The translations under genes and the position numbers were made by a program. Below the pieces are notes generated by a model, which ran no database searches, was not told the DNA's origin, and saw nothing but the letters and a program-made list of their open reading frames with translations. From the IMG/VR virus record IMGVR_UViG_2740892229_000013: DNA of 38,746 nt. One strand, 5' to 3'. This DNA comes from a virus. Taxonomy: Duplodnaviria; Heunggongvirae; Uroviricota; Caudoviricetes. How positions within the stretch are numbered: the stretch's first letter is position 1; each line of letters starts with the position of its first letter. This document shows, piece after piece, positions 6,100 through 13,047 of the stretch.

Positions 6100-6624
6100 T
6101 CAAAAAGGCAAAATTCGTTCAACCCAATCGAACAAAACAACTATTTTTCTACCGTTCTCGACACGTAGTGTAACCTGACAAGCATCTGCGCCTGCTGACA
6201 CCCCCTCAATTTCACGGCCATCCGCCATGTACACCCTTATAGATTTGTTTGCTTTGTAGGCTTGGTTGCAAATTGCAAAAAAATCGCGGCGTGATGGCCG
6301 ATTATCGACATAATCAGGGTGAACTGTTAGTCGACCTTTGAAATCGTGAGCGATACTGTCAACCACACCTGATTCAATTGTACTAATGCGTTCAAGTGGG
6401 AGCCTTATACGATTTTCTTTGTCAAAAGGGGCTGGGCAAAGGTCAACTTTGTTACGAGATGGCATGAGGCCATAAACGTACATGCAAAACGCCTGGCCAT
6501 CTTCGAGAGTGACCCTTACAGGAATTTGTTCTCTGCGCCAGAACATCAGTAGTTTTTCAACGTTAGTGTAATCTCGCGGCCAGAGTTCAGCTTGGATACC
6601 GTAGGTAATATCTTTGGTTGTCAT
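6100..6624 (-). CDS. Hypothetical cytoplasmic protein (174 aa); possible tandem Sm/SH3-like (Rof/Hfq-like) barrels
   Basis: Track ORF 6100..6702 trimmed to ATG 6624 (the rest overlaps the upstream gene). Two segments, IPVRVTLEDGQ...IRLPLERISTIE and IRVYMADGREIEG...VVLFDWVERI, fit the Rof/Hfq pattern from memory. Confidence 0.7.
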   Translation of the reverse strand: MTTKDITYGIQAELWPRDYTNVEKLLMFWRREQIPVRVTLEDGQAFCMYVYGLMPSRNKVDLCPAPFDKENRIRLPLERISTIESGVVDSIAHDFKGRLTVHPDYVDNRPSRRDFFAICNQAYKANKSIRVYMADGREIEGVSAGADACQVTLRVENGRKIVVLFDWVERILPF

Positions 6625-6628
6625 GTCA

Positions 6629-7093
6629 TCACAGAGTTGTTGGCAGAATGTCGATGTCACCAGAATTGCTGGTGAACACCCTGAACGCTTTTGTGTCTCC
6701 ATTCTTCAGAGTCGTTTCTCGCTCTTGACGAGCGGGGTTTAGAGCACATAAACCTGCACCTTCAAGAGATGCACCCACAATTAATTCTCCGGCATTTAAA
6801 TGGAAAGTCGCTTTTTCGCCTGTAGCCAGTTTTGCGACAGTTTCGCCATTGATGAAAATGGAAGCATCACATCCAGCTCCTACAAAACCTGTGTCTCTCA
6901 TTACCACCAACGTAGCTGGCGCTGCGCTTTGATACTTGAACACTTTGGCCTGCGGTGCTGGTTTGGCGTCATGGATTGATATTGGACGTGATTGGCACGC
7001 GGTAAGCATCAACACTGGTAACGTTAGTAGAGGGAGAAGCGAGTATTTCATGTTAGTTTTAGAACAGAAAGTGAACAGTATGGGAGACTTCAT
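6629..7093 (-). CDS. Outer-membrane-type lipoprotein (154 aa; alternative start 7051)
   Basis: Lipobox L-T-A-C with Gln at +2. GGGAG RBS before ATG 7093. Beta-rich mature domain. Confidence 0.8.
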   Translation of the reverse strand: MKSPILFTFCSKTNMKYSLLPLLTLPVLMLTACQSRPISIHDAKPAPQAKVFKYQSAAPATLVVMRDTGFVGAGCDASIFINGETVAKLATGEKATFHLNAGELIVGASLEGAGLCALNPARQERETTLKNGDTKAFRVFTSNSGDIDILPTTL

Positions 7094-7119
7094 CTTTGTC
7101 TCCCTAATTGATAGCGTGA

Positions 7120-7398
7120 TTATTTTAATCTGCTTAATAGCGTTTCGAGATCTTCCTTTGTCATATTAGAGTTCTCATAGATACGCATGATTTTCTCACG
7201 AGTCTTAGCGGAAGCCCCGACAGAAGATATAACCTTGTCAAAGTCGGCCATTGTCAATTGTTCCAGAATGGTATTAATGACTTCAGCCTTAGACATTTTG
7301 ATATTTTTTTCTTTTAGTTTCACTTGAAACTTTCCAAGTTTGTCATTGGCCTTATCAGACAATGCTACCTGACAGTAAGTTGTTTTCTTTTCACTCAT
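7120..7398 (-). CDS. Hypothetical protein (92 aa), N-terminal ribbon-helix-helix-like
   Basis: ORF track. The strand-helix-helix pattern TTYCQVALS / DKANDKLGKF / SKAEVINTILEQL is a pattern-level call only. Starts 2 nt after the helicase stop. Confidence 0.65.
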   Translation of the reverse strand: MSEKKTTYCQVALSDKANDKLGKFQVKLKEKNIKMSKAEVINTILEQLTMADFDKVISSVGASAKTREKIMRIYENSNMTKEDLETLLSRLK

Positions 7399-7400
7399 AA

Positions 7401-8960
7401 CTAATCTCGTTTCAGAACTCCAAAATCGAATGCTCCATCAATAGGCAATACACCTTCTGCAAAGCCAGGTGTGGTGTCGATGATGTGTTTTCGCTCATAA
7501 GAGTGAGACAACAGGTATTTGTTGCTAATGTCAATGAAATCAGTGATAAAACACACGTTTGCCTGATTTTTTTTGGCTCGTAAGCCACGACCGACACGCT
7601 GTCTCATTTCAACTTCTGCTTTCCCACCACCAGCAAGAATGACCGCACCAACGCTTGGCACATCAACACCAACATCCAGAATAGTCGAGCCTATTAAAAC
7701 ATCTATTTCACCAGACGCTAAACTGTTCAGCTTTGCTTGCCTTGTCGTCTGGTTAGATTCCCCATAGATGAAATCAACTCTAAGACCTGACTCCTTCATC
7801 ATCTCCATCAGGATTTGCCCGTGGCGTTTAAGACGAACCAGAGTCATGCAGTTGAGTGAATGTTGCTTATAAAGCAATGCCTCGCGCACTATGGCCTCGT
7901 TACGTCCCAAATTATACACGATCCCCAACTGATAAGCCTTTTGGTAGGCGGTGCTCATACCAACTCTAAAATTGAGATGTTTGTTGGCAAGTTCGGCCTT
8001 GATTCTGGCCTCGTCTGGCTTGTAGGCAACTTTATGATAAAGGAAGTACGGCTTTGCCAGAATGCCTCGATCAATCAGGTACTTTTCTGTGACTTTAATT
8101 TCAATTCGCCCGGCCACCGCCATCAGGCGCATGTTGGCTTCCGTCGAATCCTTCATGAACGGCGTGGCTGTAAGCGCCAGACGATAGTCTGCGTTCACAC
8201 ATAATCTGGCGATGTCATAGAAATTTGAGCCTGAAGACTCATGCGCCTCTTCCAGAATAAGAAGAGAGACACTTGAAAGGAAGCGTTTCACCAACTCCCG
8301 ACGTTTGAGGTGGTAGCTTTTCTTATCTGGTGTTGCATCGCGTGGTGGTTCTTCGAGGAAACTTGCAAGAGTTTGAACTGTAGCGACGTTGATATGTCGT
8401 GATACCTGGAACTCACCCGAGCCAATGACTCCAACCTTTTGGTCTTTTAACCACGGTTCGCCATTTTTGGCGCGGTAGTCGATGGATCTCTGGAAGTTTT
8501 CGGCCATTTGAAACATCAGAACAGAGCGGGTTGTTAAAAATAATGTCATTCGACCGATACGTGCAGCTGCTTTGCAGGCAACATTAGATTTCCCGCCACC
8601 AGTAGCGATCTGCGCAATCATCATTCCCTCTCGAACCAGTGTTTCCACAGTCTGATCCTGATACGCATAATCAGGATTGTATGGGAATGGGTTAACCGCC
8701 GGATTTGGTTTTCCAAGCGCCGGGGCTTTGTCTTTGCGGATATGAACACATTTGATGCCCGCCTTGTTCAAGTTCGCCGCTACAGGCTTGGCAAAGCCTG
8801 CAGGGAACGAGTTTTTACTCCAGTTGAACATTGTGCTTGTGCCCTTCCAGTCGCCAGTCTCGACTTCGTAGCTCAACATCTGTTGCACCAGTTGCTTTAC
8901 CTTGTCATCTGCGCCAGAAATAAGCGCATTAACTGCGTTAGATACAATCCGAACAGTCAT
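7401..8960 (-). CDS. SF2 (DEAD/DEAH-type) DNA helicase, 519 aa
   Basis: Motif I ATGGGKS, motif II LEEAH, motif III TATP, motif VI QRVGRGLR, all read in the translation. Confidence 0.9.
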   Translation of the reverse strand: MTVRIVSNAVNALISGADDKVKQLVQQMLSYEVETGDWKGTSTMFNWSKNSFPAGFAKPVAANLNKAGIKCVHIRKDKAPALGKPNPAVNPFPYNPDYAYQDQTVETLVREGMMIAQIATGGGKSNVACKAAARIGRMTLFLTTRSVLMFQMAENFQRSIDYRAKNGEPWLKDQKVGVIGSGEFQVSRHINVATVQTLASFLEEPPRDATPDKKSYHLKRRELVKRFLSSVSLLILEEAHESSGSNFYDIARLCVNADYRLALTATPFMKDSTEANMRLMAVAGRIEIKVTEKYLIDRGILAKPYFLYHKVAYKPDEARIKAELANKHLNFRVGMSTAYQKAYQLGIVYNLGRNEAIVREALLYKQHSLNCMTLVRLKRHGQILMEMMKESGLRVDFIYGESNQTTRQAKLNSLASGEIDVLIGSTILDVGVDVPSVGAVILAGGGKAEVEMRQRVGRGLRAKKNQANVCFITDFIDISNKYLLSHSYERKHIIDTTPGFAEGVLPIDGAFDFGVLKRD

Positions 8961-8999
8961 AAACCTCTTTCCTTAGTGCCTTTTGTATGTTATTTGGCT

Positions 9000-9025
9000 A
9001 TTATAATAAGTAAGTGATTACTTAG
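9000..9025. promoter_or_regulatory. Divergent promoter core: palindromic -10 ATTATAAT (9000-9007) plus degenerate GTAAGT-N4-ACTTAG palindrome (9010-9025)
   Basis: TATAAT reads on both strands. The 82-bp gap separates the divergent helicase and ParB-like operons. The -35 elements are weak. Confidence 0.45.
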
Positions 9026-9042
9026 TGGATTGTAGCAATAAA

Positions 9043-9726
9043 ATGGATGTAAAAATCACGATTTTGCAGGTTGATGTTGCCAACCTTCGCCCGAATACCT
9101 GGAACACCAATTCGGTTGGTGCGCAGAATTTTGAAAAACTGAAAGGTTCTATCGAAAAATTGGGCTTTTTTAAGCCAATTTTGGCTCGTGAACTTGAAGA
9201 TGGATTTTTTGAAATCCTCGGCGGCGAACATCGCTGGCGTGCCGCTATTGAGCAAGGAATTTCAACGGTTCCAGTGCTTTCTGTGGGCAAAATTAGCGAT
9301 GTCGTAGCTAAACAGATGTCACTGGTGGACAACGAGCGATACGGTGAAGACGACCAAATCGCATTGCAACGCTTCATTGAAGAAATTCAGTCAGAACTTG
9401 ACTATCAACTGTCTGAAATCGCCCCGTATGACGACGAAATCTCGATGGTTTTAGCAAAAGAGGCGGCAATCGACCTTGAAGCACTGGAGGCGTTGTCTCG
9501 TGGTAGTGATGAGCCTGTCGATACCGACAAACGAGAGAAAACCGAACGTGTGGGGGCGGAACATCAGACCATGCGCTTCAAAGTAACTTTCGATGCGTCA
9601 GATCGTGTTGCAGAAACCATAAAAAACATCATCAAAGAGCAGGCTATTAACACCGGTAATGAAATGGAGAACGCTGGTGAGGCTCTGGTGTGGCTGGTCG
9701 ACTACTACTACAAGGAGCGTATGTAA
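9043..9726 (+). CDS. ParB/Srx N-terminal-domain protein 1 (227 aa; alternative GTG start 9025)
   Basis: ParB arginine box ILGGEHRWRAA. Acidic central linker. The stop overlaps the next start (TAATG). Confidence 0.8.
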   Translation: MDVKITILQVDVANLRPNTWNTNSVGAQNFEKLKGSIEKLGFFKPILARELEDGFFEILGGEHRWRAAIEQGISTVPVLSVGKISDVVAKQMSLVDNERYGEDDQIALQRFIEEIQSELDYQLSEIAPYDDEISMVLAKEAAIDLEALEALSRGSDEPVDTDKREKTERVGAEHQTMRFKVTFDASDRVAETIKNIIKEQAINTGNEMENAGEALVWLVDYYYKERM

Positions 9727-10394
9727 TGACCAAAAAGTTTGAAATCGTATATCGCGACCCGGCAGATCTTATTCCCTATGAGATGAATGCCAAAAAGCAT
9801 GATGAACAGCAGATCCGAGATCTAGCCGCAGCCATTAAAAAGCGCGGATTTGACCAGCCAATTACGGTCGATAAGAACGACGTAATTATTACTGGCCACG
9901 GCCGCCGTGAGGCTGCAATTTTTGCTGGACTTGAGCGCGTACCGGTTATTGTTCGCGATGATCTCAGTGATGACGAGGTTCGTGCGAAGCGCCTTGAAGA
10001 TAACCGACTTGCCAGCATTGATTACGATGCAATTAAGCTACAGAAAGAGCTTGAGTCGCTTGTTCTGGACGATATCGAGGTTTTCGGCTTTGAAGAGCGT
10101 GAGTTGAATGTTCTCGTTGGCAGCATGACAGAAGAAATGGACACCGACTCGCTAGTTATCGATCTTGGCGAAGAAACTAAACGACAGAAGGATGAACACA
10201 CCGAGATCAGTCGTGAAGTTGCAGCGGAAGAAGTACGTGTTGTCGACGTATTGGGCTTTAAAACGCTTCCTGCTGGCTCTGCCATTGTTGTTGGTGATTT
10301 GCTTGCCCACATGGAAGAAATGACGGGAGAAAGCGGGGTAGACGCATTTGTGGCATATGCGGAGAAGATCTCTTCCGGGGAGATGGCTGTATGA
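9726..10394 (+). CDS. ParB/Srx N-terminal-domain protein 2 (222 aa)
   Basis: Track ORF 9690 trimmed to ATG 9726 (AAGGAG at 9712-9717). Motif ITGHGRREAA. Acidic linker. Confidence 0.8.
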   Translation: MTKKFEIVYRDPADLIPYEMNAKKHDEQQIRDLAAAIKKRGFDQPITVDKNDVIITGHGRREAAIFAGLERVPVIVRDDLSDDEVRAKRLEDNRLASIDYDAIKLQKELESLVLDDIEVFGFEERELNVLVGSMTEEMDTDSLVIDLGEETKRQKDEHTEISREVAAEEVRVVDVLGFKTLPAGSAIVVGDLLAHMEEMTGESGVDAFVAYAEKISSGEMAV

Positions 10395-11056
10395 GCAAAT
10401 ACATCATCAACGTATCGTTTCAGACACGCGTAAATAAAACCACGCGCACGTTGGAAATCGCTGAGTCGTTCGGGCTTGGCCTGGACGAAAAAGAGTGGAC
10501 GCTTTACGACAATCTGGAGCTGGAAGTGAAGCAGGGCGATGTGGTGTACATCACCGGCCAATCCGGTTCCGGCAAATCCGTTGTGCTGCGCGAGTTGCAA
10601 CGACAGATGAAGGATGAAGGGCTGTCTGTAGCCTCCATCGATGATTTTACCTTCGATAATGAGGTTAACGTCATCGATCAGTTGGGCAAAACGACCAGCG
10701 ATGCGCTTGGGTTGTTATCTATGGCTGGTCTGAACGATGCATATCTGTTTGTTCGCAAGCCTTCTGAAATGTCAGACGGTCAGAAATATCGTCTCAAGAT
10801 TGCCAAACTGATTGAGTCAGGCGCTAAAGTGTGGGCTGCTGACGAGTTCGGTGCTGTTCTAGACCGTGTAACCGCTCAGGTTGTGGCATCTAACCTCCAG
10901 CGTGCCGCTCGAAAGGTTGGTGCGACGGTAATGGTGGCGACGACTCACGAAGACCTGAAGAACGCGCTGCGCCCGGATATGCAGATCACCAAGCACTACA
11001 AAGAACGCGTGAAGGTGGAATATCACAATGGTAGTCATGATGAGGTTCATTTATGA
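10391..11056 (+). CDS. ABC-type / P-loop ATPase (221 aa)
   Basis: Walker A GQSGSGKS, signature-like SDGQKYR, Walker B VWAADEF, H-loop-like TTHED. ATGA overlaps at both ends. Confidence 0.85.
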   Translation: MSKYIINVSFQTRVNKTTRTLEIAESFGLGLDEKEWTLYDNLELEVKQGDVVYITGQSGSGKSVVLRELQRQMKDEGLSVASIDDFTFDNEVNVIDQLGKTTSDALGLLSMAGLNDAYLFVRKPSEMSDGQKYRLKIAKLIESGAKVWAADEFGAVLDRVTAQVVASNLQRAARKVGATVMVATTHEDLKNALRPDMQITKHYKERVKVEYHNGSHDEVHL

Positions 11057-11943
11057 CGGACATCATCATTAAACGCTACCGCCCTGAAGAGTTTCCGCGT
11101 CATCTGGACTTTCTGGAGCGAATGACTGTCACAAAGGGAACTGTAGAGGACTGGCACGCTCTTAAGTCGCTTCACTACAAAACAGACGGCAAACCTTTCG
11201 CGCCAACTTACTATCGCTGCGAACTTGATGACCGTCTGGTGGGCGTCGTGGTTATGGCTTACCCGAAACTACTGCTGGCACCTCGCCACCGCATGTTTCC
11301 TAAGTTGAAACCAACCACTAATACCACCGTGGCTAACCAGTACTGGGGTCGGTACGTGAATAACAACTTTGCGGTGATCAGTCGCTCAGTTGTGGATACT
11401 CAGTATCGTGGCGTAGGCGTCTCTTATCGAATGATTAACCTGGTTAGCAGGATGCATGACCGGCCAATCATTGAGATCCAGTCCTCGATGAGCAAATACA
11501 ATCCCTTCGCCATGAAAGCAGGGTTTAAGTTCATCCGCCCTGAGCGACCGAAGAGCTATGAAAGTGCACTGCGTGTATTCCAGCGCCATTTCCGTTCCGA
11601 CCCGGGTGATAACGAGGCGATCGTCAAAGAATTGTTCGCAATGAGCGAGTCTCGTCGTCGCCGTGCACTGCGTGATCTGGTGGCGGACTACCACAAGAAC
11701 AGTTCCCTGGCAAAAGCTGGGCGGAATCGTGGCACGACGATTCAGGACATTGCCGACAGTCTGGTGGACGAGGCCAGCATTGTGAAGCTGCTCAAGGACA
11801 TTCACAACCTGAGCTTTACGTCTCCGTTGTATGGTGTGTACCGAAACCCTGACTTTGGCCGTCGACTGCCTGACACGCTGCCACTGCTGGCATTCGACAA
11901 ACAACCTTTGGATAAACCGTTAGAAATTGCTTTACCGGCATAA
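11053..11943 (+). CDS. GNAT-like acyltransferase-domain protein with helical C-terminal extension (296 aa)
   Basis: Motif-A-like VVDTQYRGVGVS and motif-B-like NPFAMKAGFKF, from pattern recognition only. Confidence 0.6.
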   Translation: MTDIIIKRYRPEEFPRHLDFLERMTVTKGTVEDWHALKSLHYKTDGKPFAPTYYRCELDDRLVGVVVMAYPKLLLAPRHRMFPKLKPTTNTTVANQYWGRYVNNNFAVISRSVVDTQYRGVGVSYRMINLVSRMHDRPIIEIQSSMSKYNPFAMKAGFKFIRPERPKSYESALRVFQRHFRSDPGDNEAIVKELFAMSESRRRRALRDLVADYHKNSSLAKAGRNRGTTIQDIADSLVDEASIVKLLKDIHNLSFTSPLYGVYRNPDFGRRLPDTLPLLAFDKQPLDKPLEIALPA

Positions 11944-11952
11944 GGATTTGCC

Positions 11953-12219
11953 ATGACGTTAACCGATAAACAAAAGGACATCATCAAAACGCTCAATCTC
12001 GGTTATGAGCGAGGTCATCTACTTGACCTGGACGAATTGCTTGAAGTTTTGCCGTACAAGACAACCAAGCAAAGTATCCAGTTCTCAATTCGCGCTCTGA
12101 TAAAAAAGGGGCTGGTGGAGAAAGGGCATACGCGCCAACGCAGTGACAATCGCTATCACCGCCGAACTCTTGGGTTAACCACTTTAGGTCGAGCCAAAGC
12201 GAAGTTACTGGTGATGTAA
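11953..12219 (+). CDS. Small winged-helix DNA-binding protein (88 aa)
   Basis: wHTH-like segment TTKQSIQFSIRALIKKGLVEKG. TAAGGA RBS. Last gene before the packaging module. Confidence 0.6.
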   Translation: MTLTDKQKDIIKTLNLGYERGHLLDLDELLEVLPYKTTKQSIQFSIRALIKKGLVEKGHTRQRSDNRYHRRTLGLTTLGRAKAKLLVM

Positions 12220-12252
12220 TCGGTCTGGGAGCTTATTTAAAGACCTGCATCT

Positions 12253-12289
12253 GTATATATAAATAATAAGTAACTTATTAAATATATAC
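12253..12289. repeat. AT-rich imperfect palindrome centred on AATAAGT-A-ACTTATT (12265-12279)
   Basis: Perfect 15-bp palindrome with GTATATAT...ATATATAC outer arms. Shares the TAAGTA half-site with the GTAAGTA palindrome family. Confidence 0.5.
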
Positions 12290-12336
12290 GGAAGCAGGCT
12301 TCGTAAGACATGCCAGACCTAATTAAACACCCCAGA

Positions 12337-12349
12337 AAACAAGTTGGTT
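12337..12349. promoter_or_regulatory. Palindromic leader box AAACAAGTTGGTT
   Basis: 12/13 match to AAACAAGTTGTTT. First of two copies upstream of TerS. Confidence 0.5.
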
Positions 12350-12361
12350 AGCAGATGCAGT

Positions 12362-12374
12362 AAACAAGTTGTTT
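12362..12374. promoter_or_regulatory. Palindromic leader box AAACAAGTTGTTT
   Basis: Exact copy of 1552-1564. Abuts the hairpin at 12376. Confidence 0.6.
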
Positions 12375-12375
12375 T

Positions 12376-12405
12376 AGAGCGCATGGACGCGCTCTGTGTG
12401 TTTTA
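12376..12405 (+). terminator. Intrinsic terminator/attenuator in the TerS leader
   Basis: AGAGCGC (12376-12382) / GCGCTCT (12389-12395), 6-nt loop, then GTGTGTTTTA. Lies 10 nt before ATG 12415. TTTTAGAG is duplicated at 12372 and 12401. Confidence 0.55.
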
Positions 12406-12414
12406 GAGGGATCT

Positions 12415-13047
12415 ATGACGGTCGAAAAAGACGAGGTAAAAACTCGCCTGACACCAGCGGAGTGGGCCGAAGCTGAAGCCAAATGGACGTCAGGCGAATA
12501 TACACTCTCAAAGCTGGAGGAAGAGTACGGCATTCGTCGTGAAACACTCTCCAGACATTTCAAAAAGCGAGGATTAGAGAAAGGCGCGGACTCTGTTGGG
12601 AAGATGGTTCGTGAGTCTCTTAAATCTGACGCAGAGCTTCGCGCTAAAGTCCGTGCGGAAAAGATAGAAGAACGTCGTACACGTTATGACGGCTGGGCGT
12701 ATGCGTTGGGGCAGATGGTGATGGTCGAAGTCACTACGGCCAAACGTGAGGGTAAGCCTTTAGGGGCGATTGAGGATTCTCTCAAGAGCTTACAGAGAGC
12801 CAGTAATACCCTTGCAAAATGCTTTGAAGTTTCGTCCAAAGCATTGGGCATGGATCATGCGGAAAATGACGAGGAAGAAATTCCGAATCTGGTATTTGGT
12901 GAGCTTACGCCTTCCCAGGTGGCGAAATTACGTCAGGAAGACGACGAGCCTGAAATCATCGATGACGAATTGCTTGAGACGTTGGAAGAAGAAGCTCTAA
13001 GCGAATTTGATGCGACAGATGATGGAAGTGAAGGGGAGGACGAATAA
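12415..13047 (+). CDS. Terminase small subunit (210 aa)
   Basis: Immediately upstream of TerL and overlapping it (TAATG). N-terminal HTH-like region (YTLSKLEEEYGIRRETLSRHFKK). Very acidic C-terminus. Confidence 0.75.
   Translation: MTVEKDEVKTRLTPAEWAEAEAKWTSGEYTLSKLEEEYGIRRETLSRHFKKRGLEKGADSVGKMVRESLKSDAELRAKVRAEKIEERRTRYDGWAYALGQMVMVEVTTAKREGKPLGAIEDSLKSLQRASNTLAKCFEVSSKALGMDHAENDEEEIPNLVFGELTPSQVAKLRQEDDEPEIIDDELLETLEEEALSEFDATDDGSEGEDE

Noticed and set aside
10022-10600. 192-aa minus-strand ORF antisense to ParB-like 2 / ATPase
   Set aside because: It is a Ser/Thr-rich low-complexity product, typical of the antisense of acidic coding sequence. The + strand genes carry clear catalytic motifs.
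9043-11056. Classical ParABS partition locus / phage-plasmid lifestyle
   Set aside because: The ATPase has ABC-type motifs, not the deviant Walker A of ParA. No 16-bp palindromic parS-like site was seen. ParB/Srx domains alone are common in strictly lytic phages. This remains an open possibility only.
11386-11904. 172-aa minus-strand ORF inside the GNAT-like gene, plus similar shadow ORFs (16817..17134, 21527..22006, 25755..26246, 32531..33058 and others)
   Set aside because: These are antisense shadows within long, well-supported + strand genes. They lack RBSs and would break an otherwise tightly packed operon.
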